From assembly GCA_043228905.1 (NCBI GenBank), contig JBHGNT010000017.1:14756001-14820000 (forward strand): a stretch of 64,000 bases of DNA. The letters are read 5' to 3'. The notes under the pieces are model-generated. The model made no database searches. It was given only the letters and a program-made list of their open reading frames with translations, and was not told the origin of the DNA. Position 1 is the first letter of the stretch; every line of letters starts with the position of its first letter. The stretch is from Azolla caroliniana. Lineage: Eukaryota; Plantae; Polypodiophyta. The position numbers and the translations under genes are program-made. Positions 25,601 to 43,502 of the stretch are shown here, piece after piece.

Positions 25601-25850
25601 CTTGCCCCTATCCTTACTAACATGTCGAGGGTAATTTTCTCTCTACTTCCTCTCGTTCTCCTTCAAACAAATTCTTAAATGATTGTTTAGCTAAGAGATG
25701 TATGCCTGGATGCATCAACGACTCTCAGATAATTCTTCAATGACAACTTCGTAACCACATCTACTTCTATGAACTAGAAGCTTGAAACGAGTGAATCGCT
25801 CCTGCAAGTCTTCTATTATAATGTTTTGATATAAGTGAGTGGGAACAAAT
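22658..25850 (-). pseudogene. Decayed hAT transposase
   Basis: C-terminal dimerisation domain KMTCDYLAIPASFGPSEESNSEA...KAKMCIRCWL (22658-22843), LSGSKYPILS (~24260) and TTFDGAS (~24745). Interrupted by insertions; the 5' boundary is approximate. Confidence 0.75.
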
Positions 25851-25882
25851 GTATGTGGATATATATATATATATATATATAT

Positions 25883-28800
25883 TGTAGTGTCCCTTTCATG
25901 CGAGTGCATGCCTCTTAACACACCACCCTTTCAGCACACCATTGGTTTTAGCACACCCTTTTGGGACACATGTAGCTAGGCCGGCCCAAAATGGGTACCT
26001 TTGTATCTTCTATAAATTGAACGACAAGTAAGAAGCTAGGGAAGCTGGTTTGGTTTCCTTTTATGTGCATTTCACATCATTGGTGGACAAGCGGGGTAAA
26101 ATTTTAGCCATTACCACCTTGTTCATGGCATCCCAATTCCCTCATGTTGCCTCAAACGTTGATATCCCGATGGAGCCTGAGTTCTCGCATCCTCGCAAAC
26201 GACCACCCCCTTTCCAAATGGAGCAACTCCTCCAACTCCTCTCCAACGCCATGCTTCAAATCAACCACACAAATCAAGCTATGCTCTCCTTCCTCTTTGC
26301 TAACAATGACCGCACTCAAGATCAGCCAGATTCCAAGGTCCACCCGAAGTCCTTCTCCGGCTTGCCTTCCGAGGATGTCTTTCCCGGTACAACATGCCAT
26401 TCGTACCAGGAAAGCCACTCAGATATGCATGGCTACCCGTCGATGTTCCCCCCTCGACCACGATCGCTTTGATGTTGCCGTCACCGACATGCTCACCAAA
26501 GGTATTATCATTCCTTCCACCAACGATTGGGTTTCGGAACCCCGCCTAGTCAAGAAGGATGATGGCACCTTCCGCTTTTGCATCGACTTTAGGCCTCTCA
26601 TTAAAGTGACTATCCATGACCTCTACCCGCTCCCTCGCGTGGATGACCTCTTGGATCAAATCGGTGGCTCTCATTATTTCACCTCCCTAGACTTAGCCTC
26701 GGGATATTGGCAGATCCCCCTAAAGCCTTTTGACGCCCACAAGACTACATTCCGCACACACTGCGGTCTATTCCAATTCACGCGCATGTTGTTCGGCCTG
26801 TCGGATGCCTGCAACACATTCCAATGCATGGCAAACTCAATCTTGACCGCCCTTATCAGCAAAGGTGTCATTGTTTATCTCGATGACATTCTTATCCACA
26901 CGACCACTTGGGAGGACCATCTACAAACTCTTGTCGAAGTTCTCGCTTGCATAACTAAGCATAACTTGCAACTCCAATGGAAGAAGTGTCGATGGGGAAG
27001 CACAAACCTCTGTTTTCTCGGCTTCATCATCTCTGGCGACGGAATCGGTATGGACCCTGCAAAGGTGGCAACCATCACTGACTACCCCCGCCCCACCTCA
27101 ATAAAATCATTGCAATGTTTTTTGGGCATGATCACGTTTTCCCTTCGCTTCATCCCGAACCTCGCCTTGGTCACTTTTCCCCTTCACCAACTCTTGAAGA
27201 AAGGTGTGTCATTCATTTGGGATCCTGCTTGCGAATATAGCTTTCGTCGCCTCAAAACCATGGTCCAGGAATCAAGGTTGCTCGCCCATCCTAACTTTGA
27301 CCAACTGTTCACATTGCAGATAGACGCATCAAACCCTGGGTTAGGAGCCATCCTCTTGCAAGCTGATTGCCACGGGCAAGAAAAGGCGGTCGCCTTCATT
27401 AGCCACACTCTCACACCGGCTAAACGCAACTACTCAACAACCGAGAAGGAGCTACTTGCGATCGTCTGGTCTTTCAAGCGTCTTCACCCATACCTTCATG
27501 GTGGACAAGTTACGGTTGAGACTGACCACTAGCCCTTGCTTTCTCTTATCCATCTCACCCCCTGGGCCGCTTGTTGCAATGGACGCTGGCACTCCAAGAT
27601 TATCACTTTACCCTCTCCTATCGGAAAGGTGCAACCAATTTGGTCGTTGATAGTCTCTCTCGCGCCGACTTCCAGGCTGTCCAATTTCTCCCCAAGACAT
27701 CCGATCTTCTGCTAGCATTGCCACAACTCGCTACACTTCCATAACATGACCCCGTCATCCAAGAGATAACCCATCAATTGTGCTCCCTCCAACCGTTTCC
27801 CTCACAATGGCGGTCCATGCTCCGTGATAAGTTGGTGTTCTTCATTCAAGCGCATCATGAGCCTCGTCTCTACATCCCTCATGCCCTACAACAAACGCAT
27901 CTCCAATTTTATCACGACCACCCATTGTCGGGCCATTTGGGTTTCCACAAGGTTCTCGAAAAATTACGCCTCAAGTATTACTGGCCTCTACCTACATCAA
28001 ACAATGTACTTTGTGTCAACACATCAAACTTGCGGGCAAGCCAGCTGGAACACTCAAGCCCATCGTTGTCACGTCACCTTTCGAGCTAGTCAGATGGGAT
28101 TTCATGGGACCTTTTCCCGAAACCTCGAGGGGCAACATGTATATCCATCTTGGTCATAACAAAATACCTCACTAGGTGGGCTGAAACTGTTGTCATCCCC
28201 GACGTCACTGCGCCAACAATTGCCTCCCAACTCTTGCAGAAGGTAAATTTTCAGCATGGTTGCCTTGTCCAACTCTTATCTGATCAGGGCTGCTAGTTCC
28301 ATTGGGATGTCCTCAATGCTGTCACAACTCAATTAGGTGTCCAACAAGTGTTTACGTCCCCGTACCATCCGCAAACAAATGACCTCACTAAATGCCACAA
28401 CAAGGCCCTCAAGCAGGAGATTGCCGCTTACATCGATCCATGCCACAAAACCTAGGATTAAATCTTGCCATTTGTCACCCACGCCTACAATACATCCGTA
28501 CATGCGTCAACATGGATCAACCCTTTTCGAGCACTCAATGGGCGCAACCCTCGCCTCCCTCCAGAATCATCCATTGACGTCCATTCCAAACCTGCCAACA
28601 TGGATAGTGCCACTTGGGGGATCTATCTCCAACAAATGCCCCCCCTCCTTCGACAAGCCAGCTCCCGAAATCTACAAGTCGCACAATAACGTCAGAAGTG
28701 ACACTATGATGTGGGTCGAATTACCCCAACTTATGTTGATGGAACCAAAGTCCTTGTTTACTTCCTAGTTTGGCAACGCAGTCTCAGTGAATCCCTCATG

Positions 28801-29200
28801 CACCGATGGATCGGCCCGTTCACCGTAGTTTGCGCCATCAAATCCACTACTTACTTGCTCCAACGTGATTCCAACGGCTGATTCACACCTTCACCCATGT
28901 TGCCCATATCAAGCCCTATACTACCCCAAGCCTATCTTCTACCACCCCTCCTTTCCCCATGTAGTAAAACTCCTTGTTTTACTCAGGGGGGAATGTGGTG
29001 TCCCTTTCATGCGAGTGCATGCCTCTTAACACACCACTGGTTTTAGCCCACCCTTTTAGCACACCCTTTTAGCACACCCTTTTGGGACGCATGTAGTGAG
29101 GCCAGCCCAAAATGGGTACCTTTGTATCTTCTATAAATTGAACGATAAGTAAGAAGCTAGGCAAGCTGGTTTGGTTTCCTTTTATGTGCATTTCACATCA
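25883..29200 (+). mobile_element. Short-LTR Ty3/gypsy retrotransposon (non-chromovirus) with internal deletion
   Basis: LTRs 25883-26079 and 28994-29200 (TG...CA, ~200 bp). PBS tggtgga(c/g)aagcgggg is tRNA-Ala-like. PPT aggggggaa 28985-28993. The gag start is fused to the pre-RT region with no protease. Confidence 0.92.
26383..28960 (+). pseudogene. pol: pol (RT, RNase H, integrase) of the short-LTR gypsy, disrupted
   Basis: FCIDFRPL, DLASGYWQIP, VYLDDILI, QIDAS, EKELLAIVW, ETDH; integrase HDHPLSGHLG and YHPQTN. Stops and frameshifts after 27532. Confidence 0.9.
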
Positions 29201-29574
29201 TTGGTGGAGAAGCGGGGTAAAATTTTAGCCATTACCACCTCGTTCATGGCATCCCAATTCCCTCATGTTCCCTCATGTTGCCAATAAACCAGTTTAATGG
29301 CCCGGTTTAAGGTTGAGCTGAGTTGTTGCTGATTCCTACTTGAGCTTCCTTAACCGGTCACATCAATAACCTATATCATCAACTCCCTCCTCCCCTTCAC
29401 ACATTTCTCCCTCTATTTTTATAGACCAATAACTAAAGACAAAAATACACTACATACACTTCAATTTTTATTTTGAGTGTAGACGCCCATGGAACACAAC
29501 AAAGGGACACAAATTAAAACACCTTTGATATATATCCAAAGGTTTGGTTTTACCACATAAATTGCACACACACA

Positions 29575-29906
29575 TAACAATCGGCAACGGTTCGGTTCAA
29601 GAGTGTCCAAATCGAACCGTTTAAAATTTTTGAAACTTGAACCGAACCGAACCATGAAACTGTTTAAACCGAACCGTTTAAACATTAAATCGATAAAACC
29701 ATGGTTTCGTGGTCCGGTTTTTGTTTTTAACTTAGGTCAAAATTCAAAAATTAAAAATTTTCATTATTTCAAAATTTTAAAGATTTTTCCTAAAATGTGA
29801 GAAATAGGCTTAAAAATAAAAAGGTTGTTTAAAAAAAGAAATTTAAAAATTTGCAAAACCATTTAAACCACGGTTTGAAATTGTTAAAACCAAACCGAAC
29901 TGTTCA

Positions 29907-29937
<31 letters not shown>

Positions 29938-30035
29938 AAAAACCAAACCAAAACGTTTTTAAAAACTTGAACCGAACCATTTTAAACCGTTAAGCCGCGG
30001 TTTCACGGTTCGGTTCAAACCGTTGCCGATTGTGT
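29575..30035. mobile_element. hAT-type MITE upstream of HSP60 (same family as 44355-44830, opposite orientation)
   Basis: TIR taacaatcggcaacggtt / aaccgttgccgattgt. The internal sequence matches the reverse complement of 44355-44830. TSD not clear. Confidence 0.8.
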
Positions 30036-30297
30036 GACACACTACACCACACTTAAAAAAACATTTACAAATAAATAATACACAACATAAAACTTCTATG
30101 AGCTTTTTTGTTGGGGCCAGGGCTACTTTTGAAATTTCACATAATTTGGAGGCTAATAAATAAATAAAGAAACAACAACAACAATAATAATAATAATGAT
30201 AATGATTATTTATTATTAATTAGAAATTAGAATTTAGCAGTAGAATGGGCAGAGAAGGGTTTGGTTTCTAGAGACTTCCGCAGAGAGACCCTTCCTT

Positions 30298-30324
30298 AAA
30301 CCCTAACCCTAACCCTAACCCTAA
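30298..30324 (+). promoter_or_regulatory. Telo-box / (CCCTAA)4 tract ~100 bp upstream of the HSP60 ATG
   Basis: aaaccctaaccctaaccctaaccctaa. AAACCCTA telo-boxes are known cis-elements near plant housekeeping genes. Confidence 0.55.
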
Positions 30325-30417
30325 AGAGAAGAAAGGTTTCTGTGTTCGCGTCCCCATCGCTCGTCCTCTCTCTGCTTTACCAACAGATTCCTGCTTCCTC
30401 GCGAGAGCTGGGTAGCC

Positions 30418-36886
<6,469 letters not shown>

Positions 36887-38453
36887 GATGCTTCCTAGGT
36901 GTAATAGTGTTAAAATCAAATATTAAAGAGTATATCAGAAGGCATTGTTTTCTTGATGGGAAGTTTAATATCCTTTATTTTTTATGAACTTCCCAGTTGT
37001 GTTCACAAATCTCTTAAAAAGATGAGAGAAATTGAGATGAATTTTGTTTCCATTGAACACCAATTTTGGAATGTATGAATCTTATCTATTAGTTCCAGCC
37101 CTAGCTTTGTCTGCGTTTTTATAAGTGAAGTTCAAGAGTTCTCTCGCGTATTATGATAAAACAAATTGCGCCTTTTTCTATGAAGGAAAGCGGAAAATGT
37201 AGTTGACATTATGTTATCTATTTGTACACTTTTTTTTTAATGGGACATGAATGAATGGAGCATATTGTTGAAGCCTATCTTTTGAGGAATAGTATTAATT
37301 GAATGCATCTGGTTCCACAAACACTTCTAATGCATTCAAGGTGAACAAATTGCACTCCACCGTGAGCATTTGCTTTGAGTTTGCAAGCCATTGTTGAAAT
37401 ATAGCTTAGAGTACCACTGCCATGACCTGCCTTAAATAACACATTGGAACATTGGACGAGCAATATTTAAAGTGCTATATTCTTATATCTCCATGGATTT
37501 AAGTCTACAAGCACTTTTTACATGCTTGCTTGGATATTCTTTTAATACATTAACACATTCAAGATGAGAAAATTTCATGGATACATTTTCTTTAATAGCT
37601 AGATCAAGAAAATACATGAGAAACTGTCTGCTTTCTTGGAATGTCAAAAGTTTGAATGTCTCCCGTATCAGTGCATGCAACAGGAATGATGACATATATT
37701 TTATTGTTGAATTTGCCTTTCATCTCAATTAATGGACTTGGAATGTTGGCATATATTTTCACACAATGAACCAACTAATCTGATCACTAATGACAGGACT
37801 ATCACAGCATTTATAGTGTTTGAAATATGAAAATTTGCCTCATCAACCTGCCAATACATAGAGAAGTTAAGCTCCTATGACCTAGATCTGATACTGTTGG
37901 TTTGGTTTCAATATTGCATTAAGCCGTATCAAATATCCTCATCTCTCTCTGCCTATGCATCATAATTGTCAGTTTGCAACTCGCAATCTAGTTGCTAGTC
38001 TATGACTAGATTAGGTGGAGACTAGCAAGTGGCTTATGGACTTACTTTCCATATGTAACAGAGTTAAAAAAAATGTGCATATTGACAGTTCTGCTAATGG
38101 AAGAAATTTCGAATAAACTCAAGGAAGATGAAAAACTCAAAGCAGTAAAAATTGCAGGCAAGCACCATAACGTTGTCCTACAATCTCAGTGAGCTTCATT
38201 GACTCAAAATGTGCAAGACACCCATAAAACATCTATACACTGTACATACCAATTTCGGAAACAGCAAGGTCACACAAGCCACAAGGTGTGTACACTTTCA
38301 GAATATAAAAGACAAGAAATAAATGTACATCACACTTAATTCAAACAAAGATTGTCAAAGCAGGATGTTGACAAGTAATTGCACCAAATTAATGACACAC
38401 TTATTGAAATTAGCATAATAATACATTGATGAAAATTTCAACCGAAATTGTAA

Positions 38454-40795
38454 TTAAGCTTCAGCTTCAGATTCCACTAAAACAGATGTTATATCTGGGA
38501 ACTTATCTTTAATTGCAGCCTGAATGCCCATAGAAATAGGAGGAGGGCCTTTAAATCTTACTTTGCATACACCACTATCTACAGAAAGGACCTCTACAAA
38601 ACCACCATAATTATGAATAGCTGGCCTCAATATCTCCAAGTGAGCATCTACACCCTGCATCAGACAACAAGATTTAATCTTATTCAAAAGTGATACGAAA
38701 CATTAAAAAAATGGATTTGATTGACCATTAGTTAAATACTGAAAACAATGTAGTGAACTAAGACATTGTATATTAAATCATACTGCAAACATTTCCTTTC
38801 TACATCATATTAGAGAGTTGAGAGTCGAGACATCCCCACCGAATTTGATTCAACAAATTATCATTTAAATCCAAGAATTCTGGTAAGGTGACTCTTACTA
38901 GAGTTCTTGATTTAAGGATATAAAAATGATGGTATAGTGGTAAAGCTTGTATTTCACAAGTGGAAGGTTTATGGGTTAGGTTTCTATATTGCATTCAGTG
39001 TAGAGATTCTTCAAATAATCTTTTAGAGATCATGCACACAATAATTTCGCCCCTAAAATTTTTGTTTCCTCAGCACTACCTTATAAAATTCAATGCTTAT
39101 AGTACTTACCTGTCAAAATTAGCTTCAACTATTCTACAATTAGCAAAGAACATAGACATCAGCTTGACAATCCGTTTCATTTACATAAGCCATGAAGAAA
39201 ATCGTAAGAGTTGTCATCAAATCTAAAATACCAAATAAGACAGATCTTGGCTTAGATATCAATCAGAGGATCCTCAACTCTGCCTTATGGTTATAGATGC
39301 ATCCATAGAGTCTGATAACAGGTATGATCAGAGGGGCTATTATTACATTTCAAGCTTAGCATACATACACACCTGTACAGTTGCTCCAATTTGCTGTTGA
39401 TCAACTTGCACAACCTCTTTGATTGCATCTGCAAACTTCTCCTTCAAAACCCTTTCGATGCCCATTTTCATTGTCACAGTAGAGCTAGGGCAGGTACCAC
39501 ATGCACCTATATGATGGAAAATAAGCATTACTTCTAATGAATTTGGTTAGAAAACCATGCCATTTGCAGATGTCAAAGGAAAACTATAGCCAAAGATTGA
39601 CTATATCATAGACATCATCCTCATGGGAAACCAACAAGAAATTAGCAATCAAAATTCGGATCTTTACATATTCTTCATGGAAAAAATAAATATAGGAACC
39701 TTGAAGTCGAAGTGATACAATCCCATTCTCAACCGATACAACCTCAACATTTCCTCCGTCAGCAATAAGGTATGGCCGCACATCGTTCAGAACCGTGTCC
39801 ACATTTTCCACACTGAGTTCAAAGGTTTCGGCAGAATAAAGGCCTTTACTTTTCAAAGATTCGGCATCTCTGTTCTCATCAAAGGGACTAACTATAGGAG
39901 CAGTTTTACTCTCAACCTTCTCCTCATTCACAACTACGTCCTTTTGCTTTTGTTGTATAGTACCTTTTGTTTGTCCATCGATCACATTGCTCCAATCATC
40001 TCCTTCTGTAGCTTGTAGAAGTTTCAACCTCCTCGTACGCGAATCGTCTTCTTCTCCTTCGACATCATCATATAGGTTTTCCCCCATAGCTTTTCTCATT
40101 TTTAACTTCTTCTCTTCATAATCTATCTTCTCGATCTCTGATAGTACCACACCATTGCTACCCTCCCAAAGCTCCTTATCGATTGAGTTTCCCAAAGGGA
40201 TCTTTTCTAACAACAAAAGCCACTCTTTTCTCTCATCTTCCAGCTTGTTTCTTGTGATCATAGCCACATCTTTATACACCTTAACCCGAACAAACGAACA
40301 CTTATCTTGCCCCAACTTGTGAAGATGTGATCTTAGTGAAACAATCACATTTCTAGAGTATCCGACATACTGCACCTCGTTATATGAATCATAAACAGAG
40401 TATATACCAGCAAACCTGGTTCCTTCTCTTCGTTTGATGTAGTCTTCATAGGGTTCGATGGAGCTACCATCATCATTGATGGAGATCTGAGGTTCTGCAG
40501 CATCGTGAACATCAGCTCCCTGATCTCCATAGAGAAACCCGTGCAAGCCTTTGTGACCTTCAGGTACATTGTTATCGGAGACAACCGAGGAGCGAGACTG
40601 CAGGGCTTCTCTCTGTGCTTCGATAGCTCTGACTGAAAAAACTCTGGGGTTCCTGATGTTTAGGAGGGTTTGGGGGGAGAAGGTTCCAGCGCTTAGGGTT
40701 AGGGTTTTGGTGGGGCAGAGGTGGGGATTAGGGCTTTCTTGGGCTTCAACCACACTCCTCTGCAGCCCAAAGGGCTTGCAAACAGAGGAGATCAT
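38454..40795 (-). CDS. NFU: Plastid NFU-type Fe-S carrier with N-terminal GIY-YIG-like domain, 3 exons, ~476 aa
   Basis: Exons 40795-39700, 39506-39373 and 38654-38454 join in frame. Transit-peptide-like N-terminus; GIYSVYD...QYVGYSRNV...LRSH; VRPYLIADGGNVE...LQGACGTCPSS...MKMGIER (CxxC); second NFU domain LRPAIHNYGG without CxxC. Confidence 0.93.
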
Positions 40796-41122
40796 GCCTG
40801 CTCTGTTTCTCTGGTGAAGAAGAAGACCTCTGAATCATCCATCCATCCATCCATTCATTCATTCTTAGTGTAGGTATACATTTTGTTCAGCCAATGAATG
40901 CATACCTTGAGATTCTGATAAGATTCTCTCTGATCAACTAACTAAATCTAAGAGATTTCATTCAGAAGTATGTATATTTCCCACTAGGGTTTTCGCCACA
41001 AAGTCGAGGACTATGATTCGATCATGAGCCAGTATCACCAATGGTTCTCGATATTCATTCAACCAATGAATGAATTCAGCCTGAGTGGAGGAAATGCTTA
41101 TGAGTCACTTGATTGATCTCTC

Positions 41123-41360
41123 TAAACAATGAAGAAGAGATTAGGGCACTAATGAAGGAGATTGTTATTGATCTTTCGAGAAACCCTAAACAATGAAGAA
41201 GAGATTAGGGCATTAATGAAGGAGATTGTTATTGATCTTTCGAGAAACCCTAAACAATGAAGAAGAGATTAGGGCATTAATGAAGGAGATTGTTATTGAT
41301 CTTTCGAGAAACCCTAAATAATGAAGAAGAGATTAGAGCATTAATTAAAGAGAATGTTAT
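41123..41360. repeat. 62-bp tandem repeat (~3.7 copies) upstream of NFU
   Basis: Unit taaacaatgaagaagagattagggcattaatgaaggagattgttattgatctttcgagaaaccc. Confidence 0.9.
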
Positions 41361-41921
41361 TGTTGTTGAGAATGAGAACGAGGGTCTTAACAAATGGTAA
41401 CTGTAAAACTTGGAAGTTTAGATTCAAGAATGTTAAGGAAGCTTCATTAGAAACAAATGAGCGCTTAAACAATACTGAGTTAAAAAGGAAACATTACAAG
41501 AGTTAAAAATGGACACTTTGAGGCGGGATGTAATTGAGATGAGGAATGTATCCACAACAAAGTTGCAAGACGATGAATGTGGTGGGGATATGATATTTAA
41601 CTCGCCTCTTATGTATGTGATGGATCAAGAGAAGAATCTATTATGTATAGATAGATGTTCAAGAATAAACGAGGATAAAAGAACATTGTTATCCGTGGGA
41701 TTAAAGAGGAGAGTATGGAAACAATTGCATCCTTCGGAGTTCACAAACGGTGTGGTTTGGTTTTTGCTTTATATAAATGGTTCAGTTCGGATCGGTTTCA
41801 AGGCATTGAAATCGAATCGAATCAGGCCCATTGCTAAGTTGCCATTGCTAAAGTGACATGGATGATGCCACATTTAGAACTAATTTAAGGAGATCAACCC
41901 CTTTTTTCTTGTTCTTGTAAT

Positions 41922-41990
41922 TAGTTTACTCTAGTGGTAAGTTCCTAGATTATTAATTCTAGGTCTCGGGTTTGAGACCCAACTTTCTCA
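41922..41990 (+). pseudogene. Degenerate tRNA-like sequence (tRNA pseudogene or SINE head)
   Basis: A-box-like ctctagtggtaa, 6-bp stem cctaga/tctagg, B-box-like gggtttgagaccc. No acceptor stem. Confidence 0.35.
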
Positions 41991-43502
41991 CATCTCTCTT
42001 ACGCCATACATATTTTCTTGATCTACAAGATGCCACTGTGGAATGTAGGAGTTGAACACGTGGCATTTTGGTCTCCATTGGACAGCTCAAGCTCTTGATA
42101 AGACCCTCTAACATAGACCTCTCAATAGTTGAGATTCTGAATAGTCCCTGTGTCTCAAGAAGATTGTTCTAGTACAATTGTTCTCGAACTTCTTAAGCTC
42201 TATATTTCCAAATTGAAACATGCCCACTATCTAGTACATTCATATTCATTTGTGGTGCTTTCACCACCATCTTGTTCAGTGAAAAGGAAACCCTAGCCAA
42301 TCAGTAAATGACCATTCTCCAAAACAACATCTATGAAACAGAAGTGTTCTTGTACCCTTACATATGTTGATGGAATCAAGAAAAGGATCGTGCTTCTTTG
42401 ATCAAATGAGAATTGTTTACATTTATCCATAGGACATGTGTTTGCAAAAGACAAAACATGTGTAGACTTACAAAAGACAGACACTCTTTGTTTGCAATAC
42501 ATGCATACACTCTTTAAATGAATCTATTGACGCAAATGCTCCAACCCCTACTTGTGGATTTTCACGAATAAAATACACCATTTCCCCATTGAATCTCCTT
42601 TTGATATTGTGTGTAAGGAAGAAATACTAGAAAAACTCATAATGAACTCATGTGATATGGTTACATATCTATGACTAATCCATATACATTTGCATGGATG
42701 CACCGAATTTCTACTTTCCTCATGTACTACAAGCCTCCATGTTTGGGTTTGCTTTTCCTTATTTTATAAAAAACTACAAAATTCTTGGGAGATTTGGAAG
42801 CATTGATTGTCTTCTTCACCTTTTCAACATGCATACAACCTTTTTCCTTGAGAATACAAAAGTCTTTACAACTGAATCTCTATTATCCATTATAGTATTC
42901 ATTATGATCCCTTGATGTCATTTAGTACAAGATAGTCACAATTTGTGGTTCTTTCCATATTCTTACTCATGTTCTATATTATGATTGGCTCTACTAGCTC
43001 GATTGCATCAAAATGCATGAAATTGTTGGTTGGATGCAACAAAACAGGATTTCTCATAAATGCTTTGGCTTTACATTATTGTCTCTACAAACAATCAATC
43101 GTATAGTACTTCAAAGGTTCTTAATTGCATCAATTTGTGAGGTTTCCAGTTAATGTTTTCCTATATAAACTATTTGCTTTGAAACAAGATGCTTTACTAA
43201 ATACCACCATTTCAAGGAAGAAATATTAAGCCACTACACATTTTGAAAAGCAATACTTTATGAATACTATAAGAACACTAGAAATGTCTTAGCCTTGTGC
43301 TTTCCGCTATTTCGTTTTTAAGAAAGAATTATATGACCTTGATTTACACGTCCACATTGTGTTTTAGGGCGTAATCCCTTGTTTTCGTAAGGGTACATCT
43401 ATAGATGTAATGAAAAGTAAATGTTTTTTCTATATTGGGCTAATATAATGGTTCTGACACAGTGTGAGATTTCACAACTCCCTTGCCAACAAGGCTTGAG
43501 AA

